From: Octopus sinensis
Taxonomy: Eukaryota
Length of the DNA: 64,000 nucleotides
Direction of reading: 5' to 3'
Assembly (NCBI RefSeq): GCF_006345805.1
Contig: NC_042997.1
Coordinates: 24,986,001-25,050,000 of the forward strand
Each line of letters starts with the position of its first letter. The stretch's first letter is position 1. The translations under genes were made by a program, and so were the position numbers. A model generated the notes under the pieces. The model worked only from the letters and a program-made list of their open reading frames with translations. It ran no database searches and was not told the DNA's origin. Positions 36,762 through 50,246 of this stretch are shown piece after piece.

Positions 36762-37736
36762 TCTATTATATAAATCCCGTTCTGTGTGTGTGTGTGTGTG
36801 GTGTGTGTGTGTGTGTGTGTAAAAGATTATAGAAGCCATATTTTCCCACTGTTTGCGCTGAAATTTTACACATAGGTAAAAGACGTCACAGTAGTTGCAC
36901 CAGTTAAATTTCTTGAAAGATCATATGTGATTGCAGTAAAAATCGATATCAATCTAGAATGAACGGTAATCGAACACGCGCATGTAGGCATTTCATTCTG
37001 TGTTTAATAAATAAGCTGACACCAAAGAGTAAGGAAACAAGGCAATTATTTTGAATAAGTAAAACTGAAATAAAAAATTAACTTTAACGAATAAATAGCA
37101 CTAATAGGCGATCAATCAACTCTGTGAATATTTTCTCACAGCAAAATTCAATTGACAGTAGAAAACGATAAATTGATTGGTAATTAAACGTGGAAATTCA
37201 GGTGACAAATATCTAAAACTTTAGGTAACTGTTTCTTATATAAGACAAAAAATGAGCCGTTTTTTTTTCGATTTTTGCGTGACTCACTTGATTTGACACG
37301 TACATGCCCATTATTTATTCTTTAATTCCATTTCATGAAGAAGGAATATTAGTATCAACATTTCAAATTACGAGTTATTATTTATCAGTAAGCATAATTG
37401 AACGATATTTTGGCAAATTCTTCTTATCATCTTTACGAATTTTCTGGTAGCTTATTCATCCACCGGTCAACATCACATTCTGCAGAACCCTATATCCCAT
37501 TTGAAGTTTTCTGGTTTGCATTCAATTAAAGATTTTCGATAGGATGCCTAAAAAAAAAGCAAGAGTGGCTGTGTGGTAAGTAGCTTGCTAAGCAACCACA
37601 GGGTTCCGGGTTCAGTCCCACTGCGTGGCATCTTGGGCAAGTGTCTTCTGCTATAGCCCCGGGCCGACCAATGCCTTGTGAGTGGATTTGGTAGACGGAA
37701 ACTGAAAGAAGTCTGTCGTATATATGTATATATATA

Positions 37737-37776
<40 letters not shown>

Positions 37777-38930
37777 TCCCCCTAGCATTGATTGACAACC
37801 GATGCTGGTGTGTTTACGTCCCCGTCGCTTAGCGGTTCGGCAAAAGAGACCGATAGAATAAGTACTGGGCTTACAAAGATTAAGTCCCGGGGTCGATTTG
37901 CTCGACTAAAGGCGGTGCTTCAGCATGGCCGCAGTCAAATGACTGAAACAAGTAAAAGAGTAAAAAGAGTAATCACATTGGCAGAAAAACAAAAAATGCT
38001 TCTGTTTTGCGTTCCTTGCGGGCAAGCAAGAGACAGAAGGCCAATGTGTGCTTCGGCGTGCTGGCAATGCTCTTTCTGCTACAGTCACCAGAGCATCACA
38101 GACAGCTGAACAAGCAGAACTCCGGCGTGCTCGCGATACTGCCTCTACTCGAAATAGCCGTGGTTTAGAGACTGTTGACCAAAAGATCAGAAGGCTTGGG
38201 ACTGATTCTCAACGTAAAATGCGTTCTCATGTCTTTTCAAGGGTTTCTTCATGTTGCTGGCCTAACAAAGCCTTTCATTATAGCTCCACCCCCATGCGGA
38301 CTACGCATCACACCCATATATCATCATTGGTAACATGTCTACAGTTTGCGTCCATTGTAATGCAATGGAGGTGGCCAGCAGAATCTACCGGTATATGCTG
38401 CTCTAATGGAACGGTTAGCTTGCCTCATTTACAAGTCGGTGCCGAACCTTTGAAGTCTCTGCTGCTCAGATACTATCGAGATTCTAAACACTTTCTTCAG
38501 AGTATAAAAGCTTACAATTCCGCATCCAAAATGACAATCTTTGAACACACACCAATAAGAGATGAACAATATATGCCCACCCTGAAAGTACAAGGCCAAA
38601 TTTACCACGAAATTGGCTCCCTTATTCTACAAGATGGCGATGAGAACAGTTTTCTCCAGATTTACTTTATGGGAACGGACCTGAGGAAATTGCACGAAGA
38701 GCTTCAGTTGCTCCAGATACGAGACCATCTCTTTTGCAGCCCCTTCAATATATGCTTCATACCATAAACTCCTACGTAACCATTTTCAAAACAACTCTTC
38801 AAGGTAAAGATGCTAACACCAATCAAGTTTAAGGTTGTCATTCGCGGTAACAGCGCTCCACGAAGGCAGTATCAGGGTTGCTTTAACAAACCGACGAAGT
38901 TGCAGTGCTTTATAACAAGTCTAAATGAGT
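36762..38930 (+). mobile_element. Helitron 5' portion: TC terminus, leader and Rep N-terminal ORF, 3'-truncated
   Basis: a|TCTATTATATAAA..(TG)n start; ATG at 37544. STPR-like 23-aa repeats, GICCSNGTVSLP, SKHFLQSIKAYNS, PTLKVQGQIYHEIGSL, FLQIYF, NSYVTIFKT. Confidence 0.85.
37559..37970 (+). mobile_element. SINE F1 inserted in the Helitron ORF
   Basis: Full F1 with aaagagt tail. Confidence 0.93.
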
Positions 38931-38946
38931 AGATTTGTTAGAGAGT

Positions 38947-39178
38947 GACTGAAAGAAGCCCATCGATTATGTGTGTGATGATTTTGGGTATGTGTTTGTC
39001 TCGAACCACCCAGTATTGGTTTGTTTATGTCCTCGCCAATTAGCTGTTCGAGGAAAGAGCCCCAAAGAGTAATTATCAGACTTTAGAAAAAAGTATTGGA
39101 GTCGATGTGTTCGACTAAACGTTTCAAGGTGATGCACCAGCAAGACCGCAATCCAATGACCGAGACAGGCTAAAGTTA

Positions 39179-39180
<2 letters not shown>
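38947..39180 (+). mobile_element. SINE F1, diverged 3' half
   Basis: gactgaaagaagccc...ggagtcgatgtgttcgactaa. Confidence 0.7.
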
Positions 39181-39237
<57 letters not shown>

Positions 39238-40680
39238 GTGTGTGTGTGTGTGTGTGTGTATGTGTGTGTATGTGTGTGTGTACACATGTATGTATATGCA
39301 TATATGTACATTTAGGCGTGTAATGTATGTTTTAGATAGCAAAGAATGCAAAATACAAAATGAATTTAAATTGTATAATTCATGTCCTATGGAAAATTGT
39401 TTAATAATTTTTCTTGTTTCTGAATATATATTTCATTACCATCGACGACACTTATCTCCCATTTTCAATTCTTTTTTTTTTTTTTTTTTCGTCAGCGTAC
39501 AAAAATTTGAAAAGGAAGGCGACAACTTCCGATTGACATTATTCTTTTGTATTTATTGTCAGGAGTAATTTTCTTGCCTATTCACAACCCTAAACAAATA
39601 CGTACAAAAAAAAAATTAAAAACCTGAACCGCCATGTCCTTCAAGTACTCTCCTTTTGTTGTGGAATACACTGGTATTTGTTTGGTTACGAATTGACAAT
39701 ACAATAAGATTTTATTTAAAAAAAATTATCTTGATACATTTAATCTTGAGCATTTTGCGGGTTGGGTTTACAAAGCCTCAACCGACTCCAAAACTTATCT
39801 AAACAGCGGGAGAAACTAAATTACTGAAATTAGTTTATCTCGCTGTCTATCTGAAGTTGTGATTAAACCCTTTTATATTTCCTGTACTCTCCTTAAGGTA
39901 TTCTGTTCTCCCTTACCCTCACTCTTAACAGCAACAGTTATTTTAAGAGACTTCTTCTTCTTCCTTTCTTTCTTTCTTTCTTTCTTTCTTGTCTTTCTCC
40001 TCACGAAATGTCCTGGCTACAGCAACTCTTGTTTAGTGTTTCATGAGCAGATCAAGTCACAGATCAGTTAAGGAGAACAAGTAGTTTATTTCGTAGATGG
40101 AGTAAAAAGAAAAAAAAAAAAGCTACTGATAAAAGAATATATAATATTGTGAGTCTATTGAATGATATTGGAATACGCTAGCTAGTAACAATACATATAT
40201 ATATATATATATATGAAGGTAACACAGACTGAGTCCTTGTCGTTGATGATATCGGGTGCGAGGAGTAAGAGAATAATTTGAAGTTAAATAAACAAATCAT
40301 TTTAACCAGGTGTCTGCTGTCATTTATTCAAATGTTATGAAGTGGAAAGAAAAAAAAAGAAAGGTAGAAGGAAAGGAAAGGGAGAGGAGGAGAAGAAAAG
40401 AGAAGTGAGAGGACAGAAACAATGAAAATGTAAACCTTTGAAATGTATGAATTTCTGGTTGTGCTATTTATTACAGTTATTGTTACAAATGTACAAGTAC
40501 ACTGACACCAACAAACACATACATAGACTCACTCATGAAACACACAGACACACACACACACACGCACACAGACGCAGAGGTTACACGTTTTAGTGAAGAA
40601 GTTCACTCCGTAATAACGTGGTTCCGTGTTCGATCCAATGCGTCAAACGTTGGGCAAATGAATTCTATATTTACCGATAA

Positions 40681-40911
40681 GGCGGCGAGCTGGCAGAAAC
40701 GTTAGCACGCCGGGCGAAATGCTTAGCGGTATTTCGTTTGCCGTTACGTTGTGAGTTCAAATTCCGCCGAGGTCGACTTTGCCTTTCATCCTTTCGGGGT
40801 CGATAAATTAAGTACCAGTTACGCACTGGGGTCGATGTAATCGACTTAATACCTATGTCTGTCCTTGTTTGTCCCCTCTGTGTTTAGCCCCTTGTGGGTA
40901 GTAAAGAAATA
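40681..40911 (+). mobile_element. SINE F2, full length, young
   Basis: Close to the family consensus as judged by eye. Confidence 0.95.
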
Positions 40912-41336
40912 TATTATAGTTACTGATGGGCTTCCGTGCAATTTCTGTCTGCCCAGTATAACCGACATAAAGTCATCAGACCTTTGTCCAAGGTAACACG
41001 ATAACGCGACCATTATGAAGCAAATACAAAATAATCGTATTGGTATGCGTGAATGTGTGAGTGTAAGTGCACACATGCACGAGGATATGCACATGCACAC
41101 ACCAGAATGACACTTATTTAAAGAACTAGGCCTTGCCTATGGATGTTTTAAAATTTCCCTCACCGCTTAGGTCGGTGTGATTAATACTATTCATATTCCA
41201 CAAACTCTATCAAGTCATCAACAAATTGGTGATATTCTAGATAGTAAGCAGTGGGGCGTGGCGTATTAGGTCCGGGTTGGTGGAGAAAAAATTGAATCGG
41301 ATATGCGTAAGTGGGATTTTATGAGAAATCATACCT

Positions 41337-41569
41337 ATTTCTTTATTACCCACAAGGGGCTAAACACAGAGGGGACAAACAAGGACAGACATAGGTATTA
41401 AGTCGATTACATCGACTCCAGTGCGTAACTGGTACTTAATTTATCGACCCCGAAAGGATGAAAGGCAAAGTCGACCTCGGCGGAATTTGAACTCACAACG
41501 TAACGCAGACGAAATACCGCTAAGCATTTCGCCCGGCGTGCTAGCGTTTCTGCCAGCTCGCCGCCTTTA
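41337..41569 (-). mobile_element. SINE F2, full length with TSD
   Basis: 18-bp TSD ttatgagaaatcatacct at 41319-41336 and 41570-41587. Confidence 0.95.
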
Positions 41570-41689
41570 TTATGAGAAATCATACCTCTGAGGAGCAAGG
41601 GCCATTAAAATATTGGAAGTTGGAGTGTGACTGTGAGTGATTTTATGCAAATTATTTAACTGGTTTAACCTCTTATGTATTCTAGAATG

Positions 41690-42520
41690 TATGTGTGAGC
41701 AGATGTACGATCAATATTCCGCTGTGGGCCCCATATGAACTTTGAAGAATGTCAGTAATTGCAGGTGAAGTATTTCCTGACTTGAAAGCCAGGAGTAGCG
41801 TTAGCCATGCGGCCCTTCTATATTACGGATGTTCTATCTGCAGGTGAGATAATCCTAAAATTAGACGCAATAGTGAGAGCTCCAGTTGTGTGCTGTCCAT
41901 GTTAAAGGAGTTGTGACACGATGAGGTTCAATTGATATGAAAAGTACAAAATTAGCATGTCTTCATTGGATGATATTTCCAATGTTATTGTACGTGATAT
42001 CAGTGTTAGCTTCATGGTTATCTCGATTACATGTGGAAGATATATGGTTGGATAAAGTTTAAAATATTCCCAGGAGTTGCCAAGTCGCAATGTCTAGATT
42101 TATTCTGTGTTACTGGAATGAAAGTTGAACATTTATAATAATTTGCATCGGATATTTACTAAGGTGCATGTTGGCAAGATGGTGAACTCGATGAAATTAT
42201 AGCCTACCTTCTCATAGAAAACTTCACGCAGTATAAGTATTTATATACTGTTACGAATTGTATCAGTTGTTTCTTTTTATCCCTGGTTTCGAGTATTTTG
42301 CTTTCTTACTTGGAGTTATGCTGGAACTCCATTGCAGGAGTTCCATAATCTCTCTCTCGGCTGAATAATTTTGTTCAGCATCGTTTCAGGTTACCTAGAT
42401 TAGGACGTATGACTGCTGTATATATGCAAGAAGGTCAGATGCCTTTTCAACTGCCATCCGAGTCACATCATATTAATCAAGTCAATGTCTATTAAATTCC
42501 TCTTAGAGTTTTAGAGGTAA
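41690..42520 (-). mobile_element. Possible old Penelope-like remnant
   Basis: FQVRKYFTCN and ILEYIR resemble GIY-YIG context; many stops. Confidence 0.35.
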
Positions 42521-42581
42521 TAATATTTTAGTGTTTATTTTGCTTCGTCTACATAGAAATTAATAACATATAGTATATTCT

Positions 42582-42814
42582 AAGGTGGCGAGCTGACAGA
42601 AACGTTAGCACGCCGGTTGAAATGCTTAGCAATATTTCGTCTGCAGCTACGTTCTGAGTTCAAATTCCGCTGAGGTCGACTTTGCCTTTTATCCTTTCGG
42701 GGTCGATTAAATAAGTAGCAGTTACGTACTGGGGTCGATATAATCGACTTAAACCCTTTGTCTGTCCTTGTTTATCTCTTCTGTGTTTAGCCCCTTGTGA
42801 GTAGTAAAGAAATA
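42582..42814 (+). mobile_element. SINE F2 with TSD
   Basis: 17-bp TSD aacatatagtatattct at 42565-42581 and 42815-42831. Confidence 0.95.
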
Positions 42815-43191
42815 AACATATAGTATATTCTTTTGATAACCCCAATACTTGGGCGCTTACATGCCAGTACAGCGTATTCGATAGTGTATTAAATTATTAA
42901 GCCCTAATGGTACTTGACATATCGGCCCACAAAGATAAATTTCAAAGCATACGTACGTAGGGTTTGAAAATAGAAGCTAATTAGAAATAACCAATAGCAC
43001 AATAATTTTGTTTAACACGTTTACTGATACCACCATTTACGAAAATGGAAGACAAATTGCTTAACGATTGCGACTAAGGTCGTTGCTCTGAAGCGATGTT
43101 TAAATCCATATGTTTTAGCAAACATTGTTTTTATATTGGCAATTATAATATCTAATCCGCATCAATCATTTTGGTGAAAGAAATTGCTTAC

Positions 43192-43252
43192 AGTTTTAAG
43201 CTGTGGATACGAAAGAACAGATCCGTCATCTCGAATACATATAGACCCCCAT
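43192..43252 (-). CDS. Candidate 61-nt internal exon
   Basis: ttctatatcactcttccag|...|gtaagc; open as (D)GGLYVFEMTDLFFRIHSLK(L). Confidence 0.45.
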
Positions 43253-43349
43253 CTGGAAGAGTGATATAGAAGTTAAAATCAGTATACTAAAATTGGTATA
43301 TGCTTATTCTTAATTTCAGAATTTGAAAAGAGTCGCTGCAAAGTGTTTT

Positions 43350-43413
<64 letters not shown>

Positions 43414-43483
43414 ACACAATACACACACCTATATGTATAAAGTTTTGGTAAAAATAATTAGATGTTTCGTAGAAATTGTATAC

Positions 43484-43521
<38 letters not shown>

Positions 43522-44100
43522 CAATAGCAGCTTTATAGTAGCAGCATCAGTAGCGTTATGATCTTCCATACAATTTTTCTTTTCCTTCTGTAATTACGAT
43601 AGTGTCAATTGCTAGGGTAAATTCTTTTGACATCATTGTTATTCTATTTATTGCAGTTCTATATTCTTCTTCTTCTTCTTCTTCTTTCTTCTTCTTCTTC
43701 TTCTTCTTTCTTCTTCTTCTTCTTCTTCTTCTTCTTCTTCTTCTTCTTCTCATATTATTATTGGTATTATTATTAATATTATTATTATTATTATTATCGC
43801 ACTTTGCTGTTGTTATTGTGACTTCTCCCTTTAACCTTAATGTTTGCGATGTTGCTCACCTACTCAACATCGCCCCCACAAACTTCGGCATCTCCAACAT
43901 TTCCCCCACCACAACCACCACCGCAACAACGACAACAAAAGCAACAACAGCAGCAATTCTTACTACTATCGGAAGAAACAGAAGCCCCAGCACAAATATA
44001 TCCACTTCCATTATACTTTAACACCGTCGTCGACGACGACGACAACAACAACAACAACAACAACAACCACCAACAACAACAAGAATCATCAGATCAACAA
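43350..44100. repeat. (CA)n, (GTA)n, (TTC)n, (TTA)n and (CAA)n microsatellites
   Basis: Visible arrays. Confidence 0.9.
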
Positions 44101-44544
44101 TAATATGATCTCCAAGCTAGCGCTATATCAGCAGTAGAAAAGGTAGGTGTGGGACGTAGCTAAGCACTAATTCTCTAATGGATACTCAGAGGCAAACTGA
44201 CCTCGGCATTGCATTGCAACCCGCAGTCATTCTTCTGACACAAAGGACACTCCAAGTACTTAAACACAGTCAGAATCTCAACACGACCTTGCTTCTGGCT
44301 TCAACTGCCAAAAACATGTTATGACAGCCAGTACTCGTTGTGGGAAGCGACCTTACGCGTTCACAGTTGACACTTTCTGTCCTTCAGCGTTTCGCTTATT
44401 ATTTCTTCTATGTGTTTATTTAAAATGTCTTTTTTTTTGTCAGTTCTTTTTATTAATATTTTTACTTGATTGTTATTGCCTTTTTTCATTTTTATTGGCA
44501 TTATTGTTATCAAGTAAAGGAGAAAAGTATCTTCATTAAATTAT

Positions 44545-44900
<356 letters not shown>

Positions 44901-45904
44901 TGGTATGCTTATATACATACACATACACACACATATTTCAGTTTACTTTACAGTGGAACAAAGAGAATTTGGAGACCTAGAAGATATATTTAAATAAGAC
45001 AAAACCGAGTTAAATACGATTAATGCATGATTAAATTACACACTTAAATAAAAGACAATATACACACTCACGTACGAGTGTATACTGTGTGTGTGCGCGT
45101 GTGTATGTGTGTGTGTGTGTACGCGTGCGCATGTAGTTTTATAATGGCATTGTATAAGAATGTTTAATTTTCACATCGGATTAACACATGAAGAGGTTAA
45201 GCTTGTTATTTTGTTTACGTGTTAGTTTATGTGTGACTTTTGTTTACTGCTGTTTATGTTGCTTCATCGACCCTGGCAAAATGAACAAATACGAAAATTT
45301 AGATGCGGTTCTTCTTTATTGGTTACATTGATTGATAACTGATAATTAATTGTTTAACATTTGTGAAATTTAAACTTATGTAAGTAAACATTTAGGCAGA
45401 GAGTTATTACTCGGTGTTAACACTTTTATTTAGAGACAATTTTGGAAAAATATTTAGTATGTGACCTTTCAGATTTGGCACAGCATGAGCCACGTGGAGA
45501 AATTATAGTCTCGGAGTAAAGGGATTAACAAAATAACATAAGGAAATGTCTATTGTGTTGACAACGTTGGATGTAATAAATGGATTGTTGTGTTTATAGA
45601 GAATGTCAGAGGTGTTAAAGGAAGTTCATATTTTATGTACGGTATCGTAACAGAAAAATGAGTTCTTTGCTACCACTGTGAACCCTATTACAAGATATAG
45701 ATGAGTGCCTTCGAGCAAAGTCTAAGAATATGAAAGGGGAAGGCAATATGGATAATTTGAATATAGGGACATCTGATATAGACATGGCGGCCATCAGTGT
45801 ATCAGATGGGCCTACAAAGTACATTTCTATTTTTTTTTTTAATATTATTGTTATAAGATGGATTGTAGATTCGTTAGATTATTAAAGACAAGTGTCCTGC
45901 AGTA

Positions 45905-46068
45905 TTAATTTCGACTGAGTTCAAATCTCACCAAAATCAGTTTTGCTCTTTTCCGTCTTAGGCCGATAAAATAAAGTACTAGCTAAGTGATAAGATCGAT
46001 TTAACTGACTAACTCTCTCCACAAAATCTGTGACCTTGCGCTTACCTTAGAGACAATTTCTATAACAA
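45905..46068 (+). mobile_element. SINE F2, old diverged copy
   Basis: ctgagttcaaatctc...gataaaataaagtac. Confidence 0.5.
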
Positions 46069-46518
46069 AGAGTGAGTTTGGTAGAAATGTTGAATTATCT
46101 AGCAGTAGTTAGCTATATCTTCAGTCCAGTAACTTTATTCCTTCATCATTCAGTAGTCGATAAGATCAGTTCAAATTATGTACTGGGATTGGTATAATCG
46201 ATACCATTTTTTTTTACAACACTGAGTCATATGCCACGACCTGAATGTTACAAAGCAGTATTATTCATTAATCAATCAGACTGATCAAAAAATAACTAGG
46301 GGTAAACAAAGTTCTCTGCCATTTAGGTACTCGTGTTTACATTTCCCAGCTAAAATCCTTCTTAGATTAACTTTTAAATCCACTGTTAATAATCGAGGAA
46401 AATAGGGATCAACTAAATACTGCAATGAATCATTTCGATAGAGCCTTTCACACATTTGTGTTGAGTATCCTAAATTTGCAAAGGTCTTGGTTTTATTAAC
46501 AGAAGCTGAGGTTTAAAT

Positions 46519-46728
46519 ACTCTTTTACTCTTTTAGTTGTTTCAGTCATTTGACTGTGGCCATGCTGGAGCACCGCCTTTTAGTCGAGCAAATCGACCCC
46601 AGGATTTATTCTTTGTAAGCCTAGTACTTCGTCTATCGGTCTTTTGCCGAACCGCTAATTTACGGGGACGTAAACACACCAGCATCGGTTGTCAAGCGAT
46701 GTTGGTGGGGACAAACACATACACACAA

Positions 46729-46765
<37 letters not shown>

Positions 46766-46930
46766 CATATACGATGGCCTTCTTTCAGTTTCCGTCTACC
46801 AGACAACTCACAAGGCTTTGCTCGGCCCGATGCTATAGAAGACACTTGCCCAAGGTGCCACGCAGTGGGAATGAAACCGGAACCATGTGGTTGGTAAGCA
46901 AGCTACTTAAGACAGAGCCACTCCTACGCC
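46519..46930 (-). mobile_element. SINE F1
   Basis: Full reverse-complement F1. Confidence 0.93.
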
Positions 46931-47289
46931 TATGTATATACCTTTATAAGCCATAACATTTACTTCAATGCAAATACATTTAACACGTTTATTATTGCGT
47001 ATATTATTTACGCCCCAAATCAATCGACTCAACCAAAAGTTTCCATAGATTTTGAAATGTGACAGTCAGCTCCAAGTTTTTGATTGCTGATTGTCAATCG
47101 TTTTATTCTTGCAGTATTGAAAATCATTGTATTGTTAAAGAAAGAAAAAATGTTTGATTGTCTAAAGTTGCACTGCTTCAACAAAACTCTCTTTAATTAA
47201 AACTTAATTTTCGTGTGCTATTTTCTCCAACTTGTTTTGCACTTATGTACTCACATACATACATACGCATGTATATATGTATTACATAA

Positions 47290-47343
<54 letters not shown>

Positions 47344-47689
47344 ATATATATATGTATTATGATATATGTATGTGTGTATGTGTATATTGTGTGTGTGGTG
47401 TGGTGTGTATATATATCATATGTGTATGTCTATACCTACACTTGAATATATAAACACATATGTAACCGTTTATTTTTTTTATTCATTTTGCAGATATTGG
47501 ACTGTGGCTATGTTGGGCATCGTTCCTAAGAAGTTATTCGATTCTCACTACTCTGGGACTTCATTTACGTCTGTAATTCATTCTATCGATAAATCATTGC
47601 GAAATTCTAAGGCATTACACTTGATAGCCTTTAATACCTATATCATATACCTAAATTCAATCTAAACTTCGTAAACTTTCTTACCATCC

Positions 47690-48050
47690 ATGGAGTAATC
47701 AAAAACATATGAATCATATTTTGAATCAGAAAATCTAGCTTGTCAGCTAATAAGGGCATCTTTAGCAAGATGCCCTTCTGTAAGATAAAGCCTTACTGCT
47801 CTATCGTACAAACCAAATGCTTAAAAAATACCAGTTTCAAAACCCTTATTAATAAAGATATAAATGATAAGAAGAATATAAGAAACTAGAAAAGAAGAGC
47901 CATAGAAGATATATTTAAATAAGACATAGCCGAGTTAAATACAATTAAAAATGAACAGAAAATAGCCAGTCCTAATAACAGAAAAACCAACAATACCAAT
48001 GAAACTCCATAATTAGTTGAAAGGACATTTCCAACTCAAGAAATAACCAT
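47690..48050 (+). mobile_element. Possible Penelope GIY-YIG 3' remnant
   Basis: KRRAIEDIFK*DIAELN. 47903-47948 recurs at 44978-45023 with 3 mismatches. Confidence 0.35.
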
Positions 48051-48060
48051 TTATCTGATA

Positions 48061-48473
48061 TACTCTTTACTCTTTTACTCTTTTACTTGTTTCAATCAGT
48101 TGACTGCGGCCATGCTGGAGCACCGCCTTTAGTCGAGCATCTCGACCCCGGGACTTATTCTTTGTAAGCCTAGTACTTATTCTATCGGTTTCTTTTGCCG
48201 AACCGCTAGTGACGGGGACATAAACACACCAGCATCAGTTGTCAAGCAATGCTAGGGGGACAAACACAGACACACAAACATACACGCACACACACACATA
48301 TATATATATACATATATACGACGGGCTTCTTTCAGTTTCCGTCTACCAAATCCACTCACAATGCATTGGTCGGCCCGAGGCTATAGTAGAAGACACTTGC
48401 CCAAGGTGCCACGCAGCGGGACTGAACTCGGAACCATGTGGTTGGTAAGCAAGCTACTTACCAAACAGCCACT
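48061..48473 (-). mobile_element. SINE F1
   Basis: Full reverse-complement F1. Confidence 0.93.
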
Positions 48474-49425
48474 TATAAAGTGTTTTAATGTAAAATATAG
48501 CTCCCAACAAGCCAACAATAATCATATCAAGATAGTACCGCGGTTCATCATTCCCTGAATATAATACTAATAATAAAAGAAGATAAGGATACGGTGCTAG
48601 TTGAAAAAATAAAGCGTTTCGAAACATTCTTCAATAACCAAAAGAAAAGATTTCGTCCTCAGCAGAAATACAACAATATGTACAACAAATCCACAGCTAA
48701 CTATCGTAGTCAATTACACCAACTTTAGCAAATAGTGTAGCAGCTGAAAAAGCACTTTAAAGTAAAAACTAAGAACACAATAGAAGAGAATCGTTAAGTC
48801 TTAAGTACTTGCAGTAGGACTAACTTTAAAATTTGAAATCCGAGGAACTTAGTGCAAAATATTACTCTTTCTTCGAGGCATAACTAATCTAAAATACAAA
48901 AATACATCCAACACATGGAATGATACACAACACTATTGAAACTAAACCAAACATAAGTACACCCAAAAGAAACAGGAGTAATGCTAATATTTTTACCAAT
49001 GAAACTACTTCCGTTGATAATTCTTTGACTCTAATATTGATAATAATACTGAAACTACTACTACTAATAAGCTTGTTGCCAACATTGTGGCTGCTGCAAT
49101 ATAAGTTCTACTGCTTGGAGTACTGGTGGTAGTGATGATTGTAGTGGTGGTAGTCGTCGCAGTGACAACAATGGTCGTACAAAGTATAATATTTATAATA
49201 AAACAACAACATCAGCGCGAACAACAATTCCCTTATTGTTATTGGTGTAAATACGTGAGTGGCATTAATTCAAAAATATGCTCTATTAGGAATAGTGAGG
49301 ATTGTTGGAAGGATCCTCGATATCTAAGGAATCAGGTTGTGACTCGGTGTCAAGGACATTGGTTTCGAATGTAAAATATTCGTGCACACCATGAATAATG
49401 CTAATAACTCCTTCAAGCAACATAC

Positions 49426-49471
49426 CATGGGCAAAACGAACTGTAACTGTCGTGATCCCTGAATTTGCCCT
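49426..49471 (-). CDS. Candidate 46-nt internal exon
   Basis: ttcttcttattgcatttcctgttcag|...|gtatgt; open as RANSGITTVTVRFAH. Confidence 0.45.
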
Positions 49472-49574
49472 CTGAACAGGAAATGCAATAAGAAGAATGC
49501 GTTCCACAGGTGCAATATTACAAAACATAACATTAAACTTTACATTGCATCATCCACAGATTTTTGTACATGCA

Positions 49575-49594
49575 CACGCACACACACAAACACA

Positions 49595-49650
<56 letters not shown>

Positions 49651-49662
49651 CACACACCACAC

Positions 49663-49739
<77 letters not shown>

Positions 49740-49745
49740 ATATAT
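49575..49745. repeat. (CA)n
   Basis: Visible array. Confidence 0.95.
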
Positions 49746-49964
49746 ACGCGCAAGCAAATGTATGCATATGTATATATATACGCGTTTATGTATTCGTTTT
49801 GCAAGATTCCTGAATTGAAATCGTGTGTTGAAATAGATATTGTTATATTTGGGGAAAATAATATTTTTGCCAATTAAAAACGTGTACCATATACTTGCTT
49901 TTTTCCGTCAGCTTTATTGTCATTGTTCAAGCTGAAGCAAAAACGTAGTACATAATGCGTGTGG

Positions 49965-50246
49965 TGACTTGGCAAAAATATTTGAACTCAGAATGTAGCG
50001 GCAGACGAAATACCTATTTCTTTACTACCCACAAGGGGCTAAACATAGAGGGGACAAACAAGGACAAACATAGGTATTAAGTCGATTACATCGACTCCCA
50101 GTGCGTAACTGGTACTTAATTTATCGACCCCGAAAGGATGAAAGGCAAAGTTGACCTCGGCGGAATTTGAACTCACAACGTAACGACAGACGAAATACCG
50201 CAAAGCATTTCGCCGGGCGTGCTAACGTTTCTGCCAACTCGCTGCC
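49965..50246 (-). mobile_element. SINE F2 with partial second unit
   Basis: Same dimer junction near 50014. Confidence 0.92.
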
